A DNA stretch of 63,998 nt, counting the filler, from Octopus bimaculoides (Eukaryota): NCBI RefSeq assembly GCF_001194135.2. It is 7 parts of 6 records of this genome, joined end to end, with 100 filler letters (N's around TTAATTAATTAA, not from the genome) between each part and the next. Parts side by side here need not be neighbours in the genome. Positions count along the whole stretch, not along the records: positions 62,968 to 63,998 come from NC_069002.1; 6 more parts are not named here. One strand, written 5' to 3'. Each line of letters starts with the position of its first letter. The stretch's first letter is position 1. The notes under the pieces were generated by a model. It saw only the letters and a program-made list of their open reading frames with translations, ran no database searches and was not told the origin of the DNA. Made by a program: the position numbers and the translations under genes. Shown piece by piece: positions 63,671-63,998 of the stretch.

Positions 63671-63998
63671 AAATATGTAGATTGAGTGGAGACGGAAAAT
63701 ATATAGAGAAGATACTACAAGATAGGAGTATATACGGGATACGAAAAAAAAAGAGTGAAAAAAAAAATCAAGAAACATAGAATAAAAGAAGAAAACACAA
63801 AACTAGTAAGAGTAAAAAGAGCGAGGAAGAGGGGATAGAGAGGAAGACGAAAGTAGAGGTTGGAGTGATGGAGATCATGAGGAAGAGGAGGAGGTGAAAC
63901 TGAAGGAGGTGGATGGAGGATGTTTGTAAGATGTTTTTTGTGAAGAAAGACGGAATGATAGAAATTATTCTTCTGATCTAGCTGAATACAGTTGCTTT

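Overview
Repeat-dense eukaryotic non-coding DNA (intron or intergenic) with many N gaps. The extreme microsatellite density and the SINE, Penelope and Dong/R4 families point to a coleoid cephalopod, most likely Octopus; this is inference from repeat families I recognise, not a database result. I find no intact protein-coding gene, true tRNA/rRNA gene or CRISPR array, and nearly all tracked ORFs are artefacts of simple repeats or N runs. Supported content: (1) dozens of tRNA-derived SINE copies of at least four types; (2) decayed non-LTR relics (Dong/R4-type RT x3, RTE, CR1-type 3' end, probable L1/Tx1 ORF1); (3) Penelope-like element (PLE) relics, including two minimal hammerhead-ribozyme motifs; (4) Tc1/mariner, pogo-like and 8-bp-TSD MITEs, several nested; (5) long foldback inverted repeats; (6) a possible decayed, duplicated set of vWA-like exons near 16.7-17.6 kb; (7) six artificial 44N-TTAATTAATTAA-44N assembly linkers. 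I see no convincing evidence of a wholly new biological system. The best leads are the hammerheads, the foldbacks and the vWA-like pseudo-exons. All translations and alignments were done by eye, and many coordinates are approximate.
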